Shown piece after piece: positions 30,861-39,116 of a stretch of 64,000 nt of DNA. The stretch covers positions 160,001 to 224,000 of the forward strand of contig CAWJRG010000010.1 in the NCBI GenBank assembly GCA_963845185.1, in the 5' to 3' direction. The DNA comes from an uncultured bacterium (GTDB lineage Bacteria; Oederibacteriota; PGYV01; CAWJRG01). The first letter of the stretch is position 1. Each line of letters opens with the position of its first letter. The position numbers were made by a program, and so were the translations under genes. Under the pieces are notes generated by a model. That model was not told the origin of the DNA and ran no database searches. It saw only the letters and a program-made list of their open reading frames with translations.

Positions 30861-30989
30861 AAACCCCCCTTAATCCCCCTTTGTTAAAGGGGGAAACCCG
30901 ATCCCCCTCCTTAATAAGGAGGGGTTGAATATTCCAGTGGAATATTCAACGTTGAGAGTCCCAAAAACTTATCATAAGTATTTCTCAAC
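30861..30989. repeat. C-tailed palindromic repeats (CCCCCCTAATCCCCC...GGGGG type) carrying a 66-bp double-hairpin insert (30924-30989)
   Basis: CCCCCTTTGTTAAAGGGGG and CCCCTCCTTAATAAGGAGGGG hairpins, then GTTGAATATTCC-AGT-GGAATATTCAAC + GTTGAGA...TCTCAAC. Confidence 0.75.
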
Positions 30990-31026
30990 AGGAACAGTGG
31001 AGGTTTGCCTTATATTTTTAAAATTA

Positions 31027-31371
31027 TCACCCTGGTGGCCAGTTAAACACACGGCCGCCGAGCAGATGCAAATGCAAATGGTCTACTGCCATGCCTGCGT
31101 CTTTATTTGTATTAAAAACCGTCCTGTATCCGCTTTCCGCTATCCCTTTTTGTTTTGCCAGCGTCTTTGCCGCCAAAAAAAGTTTACCAACAATATCCTT
31201 GTCTCCTTCGCCCAACGCATTAATTGACAGTATGTGCCTTTTCGGCACAATAAGAATGTGCACTGGCGCAGCTGGATTGATATCCTCAAAAGCAACCAAA
31301 TCCGCGTCTTCGAAAACTATTTTCGAAGGAATCTTTTTCTCGGCTATTTTACAAAAAAGGCAGTCAGGCAT
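31027..31371 (-). CDS. hinT: Histidine triad nucleotide-binding protein (HinT-like)
   Basis: CLFCKI, AFEDINP.AP.H.L.VPK and HLHLHLLGGR motifs. Confidence 0.92.
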   Translation of the reverse strand: MPDCLFCKIAEKKIPSKIVFEDADLVAFEDINPAAPVHILIVPKRHILSINALGEGDKDIVGKLFLAAKTLAKQKGIAESGYRTVFNTNKDAGMAVDHLHLHLLGGRVFNWPPG

Positions 31372-31392
31372 ATTAAACCTCCAAGTAAAAAA

Positions 31393-31520
31393 GTTTCTAG
31401 TTTCTAATATATGGTTTCTAGTTTAAAGCAGTGGTTAAATGTTGAATGTTGCCTGTTAAATGTAAAAAAATCTCTTCTGTTTCATATCCAACCTTAAACT
31501 TCAAACCTTAAACCCTAAAC
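31393..31520. repeat. Short degenerate tandem heptamer-type repeats (intergenic)
   Basis: GTTTCTA, TGTTAAA/TGTTGAA and AACCTTA/AACTTCA/AACCCTA runs. A similar run is at 37519-37540. Confidence 0.5.
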
Positions 31521-32771
31521 TGTAATTTCTGCATACACCTTGCCGTTTTTAACTTCTGTTATCATAACCGGCACAAGCCGTCTTACAAGTTTCTTTGATT
31601 TATCTGTTTCTTTTATATTAACCCTTATATAGTTTTCAGTATAGCCGGCAAAATATCCTGCCTTTGGGTTGTCTTCAACAAGCACAGTCAAGTTTTTGCC
31701 CTTATTTTTTTCTGCGAATTCTTTTTCTTTCATCTTTCCAATACCTATTAGAATCTTCACCCTGTGTTTTTTTTCCCGTTCCGTTATTTTGTCTTTCATT
31801 TTTTCGGCTTTTGTTCCAGGCCTGTCCGAATAAGGAAAAACATGCAGCCTGGTAATAGGCGCTTGCCTGATAAACTCGCAGGTATTTTCAAACTCACCTA
31901 TGCCTTCGCCCGGGAACCCTGCTATTATATCCGTTGTTATTGCCGCTCCCGGAATCCTGCTTATAATATATGCTGCTTTTCCCATGTATTCATTGGAAGT
32001 ATAATTCCTGTTCATGAGTTTCAGCACTTTTTCATCCCCGCTCTGTAGCGAAAGGTGAAAATGCGGGCATATTTTTTCTTTATTAGCTGCGCTAAAATCT
32101 ATTATTTCATCGTTCAATTCTTTCGTTCCTATAGAGCTCAAGCGTATACGCCCCATGCCCTTTATCGCAATAAGTTTTTTTAAAAGTCCGGCAAGTGCGT
32201 TATTATCCGGCCTGCCGTATAAGCCAAGGTTTATGCCTGTTATTACGAGCTCCCTGTAACCTGCGGCAGCAAGGCTTTCAGCCTCTTTCAAAATCTCGCT
32301 TTCGGGCCTTGATATAATTTTGCTTCCCCTCACAAGCGGCACCGTGCAGTAGGAGCAAAACCTGTCGCAACCGTCCTCGATTTTGATAAAAGCCTTGTTT
32401 TTATCTCCGAATGCTTTTAAAACCACGCCTGCTTTTATGTCTTTTTTGCCCCTTAATTCTTCGGGATAAAATTCCGGGTCAAACTTTTTGTCGTTTGGTA
32501 TGACAATATCCGCGAGCAGTTCCAGCCCGCCTATGTCCCTGCGCTGGGCCAAGCACCCTGTCAGGATGATTTTTTTGTTTTTTTGTTTTCTGATTTGCCT
32601 TATTTTGCGGAGAATCTCGCTGTCTATTTTCCCGGTAACAGTGCAGGTGTTAAGAAGGTAAATATCCGCTTCCCCGCCCTTGTCGGTGCCTGGAAGCATC
32701 TGCTTTATCCTTTCGGTTTCGTACTGGTTGACTTTGCACCCGTATGTTAAAAATTTAACCCTCGGGCACAT
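31515..32771 (-). CDS. mtaB: tRNA t6A37 methylthiotransferase
   Basis: TYGCKVNQYET, NTCTVT, radical SAM CDRFCSYC, HVFPYS.R.GT.A and GYTENY motifs. Confidence 0.92.
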   Translation of the reverse strand: MCPRVKFLTYGCKVNQYETERIKQMLPGTDKGGEADIYLLNTCTVTGKIDSEILRKIRQIRKQKNKKIILTGCLAQRRDIGGLELLADIVIPNDKKFDPEFYPEELRGKKDIKAGVVLKAFGDKNKAFIKIEDGCDRFCSYCTVPLVRGSKIISRPESEILKEAESLAAAGYRELVITGINLGLYGRPDNNALAGLLKKLIAIKGMGRIRLSSIGTKELNDEIIDFSAANKEKICPHFHLSLQSGDEKVLKLMNRNYTSNEYMGKAAYIISRIPGAAITTDIIAGFPGEGIGEFENTCEFIRQAPITRLHVFPYSDRPGTKAEKMKDKITEREKKHRVKILIGIGKMKEKEFAEKNKGKNLTVLVEDNPKAGYFAGYTENYIRVNIKETDKSKKLVRRLVPVMITEVKNGKVYAEITV

Positions 32772-33969
32772 TTTTAAACTCTGAAACGTTTATATTTGTC
32801 TCCTCGAGCTCGTTGCTGAGGTCAAAAACTTCACTGCTTATTTCCAGCCCTGTCCTGGCCAGGAAAAATTTCTTTATGTTTGCTTCAACCTGGTTTTTCT
32901 TGTCTTTCTCAAGGATAAGAAGCACCGTTCCGTCTATGCCCATGTTAAGAAGCCTCGCCGCCTTTATGCCCTCGTTTTCCCAGACAATATCCATCAGGGT
33001 TTCGTTCTCTTCATCGACTATTTCCATCCTGTTTTTTAAATTTTTCTGAGAGTCGTTGATGATTTCTATGAATTTATTCACGTCACCCGCGCTGATTGCC
33101 TGCTTTGCCGCCTCCACTCTTTCGTTTTCGGAAATAAAATACGCGCATCTCTTCCTTTGCGAGATGGAAAGTTTGCTCCTGAATTCGTCGAATTCCTCCA
33201 TTGTCATTGCGTCGAGCGACTCGATATTTTTCCCGGTATTTTTTATTGTTAAAATGGCTTCTTTTACCTCGTCAAACGCCGCGTTAACCCTCTTCTCAAG
33301 GGATTTCTTTTTTACACCCGAGCTCATTATCATAAAAATCAGGCTGCCCGCCTCAAAATTTATATTTTCGCAGGCTGATTTTACGGCATCGCAAAAAACC
33401 AGGTTGTTCTTTTTGCCCAGTATCGCAGGCAGGTATTTTGCCGCATTTTTGCTTTTCTTCATGAATTTCACCTCGGCGTCCGAGCATATTTCCGCAGTCT
33501 CCGCGCCGGATGTTGTCCAGTCGCCGAATTTCTGCGCTATGCCCGCCATGCCGATTTCAAGCGCCTCCATGCTGTTTGCGTTGAATAAGTCCGGGATTTC
33601 GTCGTCGATATAAACATTCATGCCGCTCACTTTTTTGCCCGTGCCCTCCAGCATAAAAAGCGTGCTGCTCATGTAATTTGCCCACCCGTGCTCCTCCCTG
33701 AACTGCTGGTCGTTTAAAGTCATCCTTATTTTCTCGTCATAGCGCCTTGAGTAAAAAAAGATGGACCTGTCCCTTTCTTTCCTTTTCTGCGCCATGACAA
33801 GCGCGCTTTTGTTTAAATTGGCCGATATGCTTTTGCCCCTGTTGAATTCCGTGATATCGCCGAGCACCTGGACGCTTCCCGGCACACTGATGCTGATAAT
33901 ATTCTCTCCCTTGGGTTCAAACACCTGAAAAAAATTCTTTGCTTCATTGAACATGGCTTCTTTTAACAT
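32755..33969 (-). CDS. Galactokinase-like GHMP protein with degenerate catalytic motifs
   Basis: GalK-like layout (PG.V..LG, WANY..., EN.RV, N.S...L), but GEHTDY is GDITEF, GLSSSA is NANSME and GAGFGG is NMGIDG. Confidence 0.7.
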   Translation of the reverse strand: MLKEAMFNEAKNFFQVFEPKGENIISISVPGSVQVLGDITEFNRGKSISANLNKSALVMAQKRKERDRSIFFYSRRYDEKIRMTLNDQQFREEHGWANYMSSTLFMLEGTGKKVSGMNVYIDDEIPDLFNANSMEALEIGMAGIAQKFGDWTTSGAETAEICSDAEVKFMKKSKNAAKYLPAILGKKNNLVFCDAVKSACENINFEAGSLIFMIMSSGVKKKSLEKRVNAAFDEVKEAILTIKNTGKNIESLDAMTMEEFDEFRSKLSISQRKRCAYFISENERVEAAKQAISAGDVNKFIEIINDSQKNLKNRMEIVDEENETLMDIVWENEGIKAARLLNMGIDGTVLLILEKDKKNQVEANIKKFFLARTGLEISSEVFDLSNELEETNINVSEFKNVPEG

Positions 33970-33991
33970 TGTTTCTTCTCCTGGTCTATGC

Positions 33992-35762
33992 CTATTTGAT
34001 TACTTTTTGTTTTTTTATAAATTCCGAAAGCGGCTTGTCGTTGAGTGTTTCCCTTACTACTTCGTCGAGCGTTGTTATTCCTTCCTTCATTCTTTGAACC
34101 GCTGATTCCCTGATTGTTATCATGCCCTGGGCCCATGCAGCCCTTTTTAACTCGTTTAAATTCGCCTTGGAAAATATGATTTCCCTTATTTTCGTATTTA
34201 TCGGCAGGGTTTCATAAACAGCTATTCTTCCCTTATATCCCGTATAATTGCATACCGGGCATCCGGCTCCTTCATGGAAATCGCCGCCCTCCAGGATCTC
34301 AGGCGGTATGCCGGCCTTTTTTGCTTTTACATAATCAATTTCCTTTATTTTTTCTTTGCAGTTTTCGCATATCCTCCGTACAAGCCTCTGGGAACAGGAT
34401 ATTAATACCGACGACCCGACATAAATCGGGTCTATTTTCATGTCCACCAGCCTTGCTATTGTCGTGGGGGCGTCGTTTGTATGCAGCGTTGACAGCACGA
34501 GGTGTCCGGTAAGCGCTGCTTTGACCGCGATTGAAGCTGTTTCGTCGTCTCGGATTTCCCCGACAAGCATTATATCCGGGTCCTGCCTTAAAAAAGGACC
34601 TCAGGACGTTCGCGAAAGTAAGGCCTGCCTCGGGATTTACCTGTATCTGGATAATATGCGGCAGCCTGTACTCGACCGGGTCCTCCACTGTCAGTATGTT
34701 GTCATGTGGATCATTGATATGCGTAAGCGCCCCGTAAACCGAGGTCGTTTTTCCGCACGCGGTAGGGCCTGTAATAAGCACCATGCCGTAAGGATTGTTT
34801 AATGACTTTTCAAGGTCTTTCTGCTGGAATTCAAAAAGGCCCAGGTCCTTGAGTTCCAGGCTCTGCGCTTCCTGGTTTATGACTCGCATTACTATATTTT
34901 CTCCCCATATGGAAGGCACGACGGAAACGCGCAGGTCTATGGCTTTGCTGTTTGACAAAGTGAATTTCATCCTGCCGTCCTGGGGTTTTCTTTTTTCTAT
35001 TATATTCATGCCTCCCAGGAGTTTTATTCTTGACGTAAGGGCCCTCCTGAACTGTATCTTCGGAGGCGGCATTTCAACCAGGGCTCCGTCCACCCTGTAC
35101 CTTAAAACTATCTTTTTTTCATACGGGTTTATATGGATATCGGAAGCTCTCTTCCTTACTGCATCCTCGATGAGGTAATTTACATATTTAACGACAGGGC
35201 TGCCTTCGCCAGATATGTCGCCTTCCTCAGCTTCTTCCTCCCTTTCCTTTTTTTCCTCTATGATTTCAATATCAAAATTCTCGCCCTCAACGGATTTTAT
35301 GGTCTCATCGAGAGCCGATGATGTCGCGTAATATTTTTCTACTGCCGCCATGAGCGAGCTTTCGCTTGTGACGACAAAGCTGTATTCATAATCTTCCTTT
35401 AATACAATGTCGTATTTCAGGTTCATCTGCAGCGCCGGGTCGAGCGGGTTTGAAGTCGCAAAAATAATTTTGCCCGGTTTTTTCTCAATAGGCATTATCC
35501 TGTATTTCAGGGCTATGTCGCGCGTTATGACCTTTATGACATCTTCCTCAATATGCAGCATGTTTACGTCTATGAATTTTGTCCCGAACTGCATGGCCAG
35601 GAAATGGTACATGACGTCTTCGGTTATGAACCCGAGCCTTACCAGTATGGAGCCGAGCGACTCGCTTGTCTTTGCCTGCTCTCCAATGGCTTTGTCAAGC
35701 TGGTCTTCGGTTATCATTCCCTCTTCAAGCAGTATCTCTCCCAGTTTTTTGGCTTCAGCCAT
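33992..35762 (-). CDS. pilB: PilB/GspE-type assembly ATPase (copy 2), frameshifted in a T6 run (A6 at 34590-34595)
   Basis: ASDIH, PQDGR, Walker [10 protein letters not shown] and EDPVEY. Removing one T restores [19 protein letters not shown], which continues into ORF 33992-34570 (STLHTND, CxxC, GYKGR). Confidence 0.85.
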
Positions 35763-35774
35763 TTGTTTTCTCCC

Positions 35775-37484
35775 TCAATCTTCTATTGAAGTTACTCGTA
35801 TTACTTCTTCTACCGTTGTTATGCCTGCTCTCCATTTTTCAAGCGCTACCTCCCTTAAAGTCCTCAATCCGTCCTTTTGCGCCTGCACCTTGATCGCGTT
35901 CAGGTCGGCTCTTGAGAATACAAGGTCTGCCATTTGGGGTGTCATCGGCATAATTTCATATATGGCTATCCTGCCTTTATACCCTGAGCCGTTGCAGGCA
36001 GGGCATCCTTCCCCGATATAAACTTCCAGGCCCTTCATCTGCTCGGGTGTCACAAGCAGTTTCTGCAAATCATCCTCCACGGGTGTATAAGGCTTCTTGC
36101 ATTTGGAGCAGATTTTCCTCAGCAGCCTCTGGGCTATTATGATTCTTACCGATGAGCCGACGTAAATAGGGTCAACGCCCATGTCAATCAGCCTCATAAT
36201 TGTCGAGGGCGCGTCGTTTGTGTGCAGGGTGGACAGCAGCAGGTGCCCGGTAAGGGCGGCGCTGATGGCTATGTCCGCAGTTTCTTTGTCCCTGATTTCT
36301 CCGACCATCATGATGTTCGGGTCCTGCCTCAAAAGTGACCTTAATGCCGTGGCAAAGTCAAATCCTATGTCATGATTAATCTGTATCTGTACTATTCCAG
36401 GCAGCTGGTACTCGACCGGGTCCTCAAGCGTCAGTATATTTCTCGAAACATCGTTGATGGTCGACAAAGCCGAATAAAGAGTAGTTGTTTTGCCGCTGCC
36501 GGTCGGCCCTGTATGCAGTATGAGCCCGTACGGCGACTGTATTGCTTCCCTGTATATTTCAAGCTCCTTCGGTTCAAAACCCAGCTTGCTTAAATCAAGC
36601 ATGAGGCCTTCCTGGTCAAGTATTCTCATTACGACATTTTCTCCGTATATGCTTGGAAGCACGGATACGCGCAAATCTATCACTTTGTTCTGCACTTTTA
36701 TTTTTATCCTGCCGTCCTGCGCCATCCTTTTTTCCATTATATCCATTCTCGACATGACTTTTATCCTGGACACAACAGCGTGCCTGTATTGCTTTGGCGG
36801 CGCCGGCTGGGTTTGCAGCACGCCGTCAATCCTGTACCTCACGACCATATTTTTGGGGAACGGGTTTAAATGTATATCGGATGCCCTCTTTTTTACCGCG
36901 TCCGATATCAAAGCGTTTGTTAATTTTATGACAGGGGCGTCGTTTTCCGTAAGCGCGGAACTTTCGTCAAATTCCATCTCCGCCCCTTCTTCCGTGCCTT
37001 TCGCTTCCTTGAAAATCTCCTTGGCGACATCGTCCATTTCGAGTTTCTGGGTTACGCCGTAATACATGCTTAAGGCGTTGCGCATCGCCGTTTCCGATGT
37101 TATGACGAATTTTATTTCCTTGTCTTTGGGCAGCAATGCCCTTTCTTTTAATTTTATCACAAGGTGCTCGTCCGGGTCCGACGTGGCGAAAATAATATGT
37201 GTTTTTGTCACCTGATAAGGCAGCACATTAAACTCTTCAGCCACTTCCCTTGTAATGAGGTTATGTACATCCTCGGGGATTTCCTTATCCGCTATGTCCA
37301 CATATTCGACGCCAAACTGTATGGCAAGGAAATAATAAAGCGCGTCTTCCGTAATAATGCCCATGCGGGTCATTATCCTGCCCAGCGGCTCTCCGGTTTT
37401 TTGCTGCTCCGTAATGGCTGTTTTAAGCTGTTCTTCTGTTACGAGGTTTTCCTCAATTAACAGGTCTCCAAGCCTTTTTGCCAT
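35775..37484 (-). CDS. pilB: Type IV pilus/T2SS assembly ATPase PilB with MshEN-like N-terminus
   Basis: RLGDLL N-terminus, ASDIH, GPTGSGKTT, LRQDP, VGEIRD, STLHTND and Cys4 motif. Confidence 0.92.
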   Translation of the reverse strand: MAKRLGDLLIEENLVTEEQLKTAITEQQKTGEPLGRIMTRMGIITEDALYYFLAIQFGVEYVDIADKEIPEDVHNLITREVAEEFNVLPYQVTKTHIIFATSDPDEHLVIKLKERALLPKDKEIKFVITSETAMRNALSMYYGVTQKLEMDDVAKEIFKEAKGTEEGAEMEFDESSALTENDAPVIKLTNALISDAVKKRASDIHLNPFPKNMVVRYRIDGVLQTQPAPPKQYRHAVVSRIKVMSRMDIMEKRMAQDGRIKIKVQNKVIDLRVSVLPSIYGENVVMRILDQEGLMLDLSKLGFEPKELEIYREAIQSPYGLILHTGPTGSGKTTTLYSALSTINDVSRNILTLEDPVEYQLPGIVQIQINHDIGFDFATALRSLLRQDPNIMMVGEIRDKETADIAISAALTGHLLLSTLHTNDAPSTIMRLIDMGVDPIYVGSSVRIIIAQRLLRKICSKCKKPYTPVEDDLQKLLVTPEQMKGLEVYIGEGCPACNGSGYKGRIAIYEIMPMTPQMADLVFSRADLNAIKVQAQKDGLRTLREVALEKWRAGITTVEEVIRVTSIED

Positions 37485-37549
37485 AAAATTTTCACCATAA
37501 ACTAAAATTTTTAACGGCTTTCAACCTTCAACTATCAACCGTCTTTTAA

Positions 37550-38656
37550 TCACTTTGCCTTATTCAATAAATCCTTTTCTGACGCGCCTAACTGCCTGTA
37601 TAAAAAACTTTTCCCCCTGCTGATATAAAAGCATATCTGGTTTTCCGGCCTGTCTCCGTTTGCATTAAAAGAAATATTCCCCGTAACGCCTTTATATTTT
37701 ATTTCGTGCATATATTTTATTATATCTTCCGGGTTTGTCTTGTTATCATTGAGGCTTTTAATTATGAGCATTGCCTCATCATAGGCAAACGGAACATGGC
37801 TGTCGTCAGACTTGTATTTTTCCTCGTATTTCTCCAGGAAACCCGCAATTTCCTTTTTATAGCCTGGTTTTACCGGCGATGTCGCTATGGCGCCTTCTGC
37901 CCCTTTTTTCGCGGATTTTATAAAAGCCCACTGGAAAATCTCGTCTATGCCAGAAAAAGTCGCTCCCACGTTTAAATCCTTTATCTGTTTTGCCATGTTT
38001 ATTGACTGCCCCAGCCCGCCTGCGAAATAAATCACTTCAACCCTCTGGTCCCTTAAATTTATGAGGATGTTCCTGAAATCCGTCCTGTCCCCGTCCACAT
38101 CCCTGTAATATATCACCCGGCGGCCGTTCTTTTTGACTGTTTCCCTGAACGCGTCTGCAAGGGACGCGTAATCTTCATCGCCCAGGGAATAGATAACCGC
38201 AAAGCTGCTTTTTTGCAGTATTGTTATAAGAAACCTTGCCAGCTCCTTTGCCTGGTCAATACCGGACGGGCAAATCCTGAAAGTATTTGTGTTTGCAGGC
38301 GCAGTGAAACCAAGGAACCTTGAATTTACCGATATAAGCGGTATATTTTTGATTTTTTCGATAATAGATTTGTGCGTTTTTTCGAAACATCCGCTTATGG
38401 CAATAAGGCCGGGTTTTGCGGATATTTCCTTTATTACAGCGTCATCGCCGTCATAATCGTTTACAAAAAAAGTCTTCAGCTCAAAATTCGCGTTTTTTGT
38501 GTTTTCTTCCTCAAAAGCAAGGTTAAGCGTGTTTAAAACAGCCTGCGAGACAGCGTTATCGGTGTTGCCTAAAACCCCGACAAAATATGAGTCTTTAGCC
38601 TGAACCAGAGCCGTAAAACAAACTATTATAATAAATGAAATCGCAATCCTGCGCAT
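37550..38656 (-). CDS. Branched-chain amino acid ABC substrate-binding-like protein (LivJ/K family)
   Basis: Signal peptide from the ATG at 38656 (AGGAG RBS), plus FRICPS...Q, TDF...L, AYD and GVTG.I.F..NGD motifs. Confidence 0.8.
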   Translation of the reverse strand: MRRIAISFIIIVCFTALVQAKDSYFVGVLGNTDNAVSQAVLNTLNLAFEEENTKNANFELKTFFVNDYDGDDAVIKEISAKPGLIAISGCFEKTHKSIIEKIKNIPLISVNSRFLGFTAPANTNTFRICPSGIDQAKELARFLITILQKSSFAVIYSLGDEDYASLADAFRETVKKNGRRVIYYRDVDGDRTDFRNILINLRDQRVEVIYFAGGLGQSINMAKQIKDLNVGATFSGIDEIFQWAFIKSAKKGAEGAIATSPVKPGYKKEIAGFLEKYEEKYKSDDSHVPFAYDEAMLIIKSLNDNKTNPEDIIKYMHEIKYKGVTGNISFNANGDRPENQICFYISRGKSFLYRQLGASEKDLLNKAK

Positions 38657-38690
38657 TCTGCAATCTCCTGTTTTTCTGTAATTTAAGTTT

Positions 38691-38719
38691 ATTATACAGA
38701 AGCAGTTATTAAGTGTCAA
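38691..38719 (-). promoter_or_regulatory. Consensus sigma70 promoter for the livK-like/pilB/pilB/galK-like/mtaB cluster
   Basis: TTGACA-17 nt-TATAAT, a perfect match on the minus strand. Confidence 0.75.
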
Positions 38720-38725
38720 GTGCTC

Positions 38726-39007
38726 GTGGAGCCCCCGCCTTAACAGGCGGGGTACATTAAAAAAATTCTCTGATATGCTCCCTCCCTTGATAGCGTTTAT
38801 TTTGTCAAGCCGAAGGCGGCAGTCAAATAGTCTTGTAGACTATTTGACGGGTAGTTTCCTTAAGTTATCATTCATATAAAAGCTACCCTAAATATTACGC
38901 TATCAGGTACCCGCTCTAGTCCGAGGTTTTATCCTAGGACAAGCGGTACCGAAGCGCTATCATATCCCACCTCTGCGAAGGTGGGGATTTTCACGTAGCG
39001 GGATTAA
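38726..39007. mobile_element. IS200/IS605-end-like element copy 2 with two nested palindromic inserts
   Basis: Flanks match 578-697. A 163-bp insert (38787-38949) matches 29551-29652 and itself carries a 67-bp double hairpin (38822-38888). Confidence 0.7.
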
Positions 39008-39048
39008 ATTTAAGGTTCCCCGGCCGGCCCGGACAAATAGTTTGCACT

Positions 39049-39076
39049 TTGATTTTTTTATGATTTATGCTATATT
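39049..39076 (+). promoter_or_regulatory. Candidate promoter for the TPR-PBP gene
   Basis: TTGATT-16 nt-TATATT with an extended -10 TG. Confidence 0.45.
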
Positions 39077-39116
39077 ACTGCCTGATTTAAATCCCAATAA
39101 CGGAGGTTTCACTCAG

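Noticed and set aside
34795..37062. Plus-strand ORFs of 127-204 aa opposite pilB
   Set aside because: Antisense shadows of well-conserved ATPase genes.
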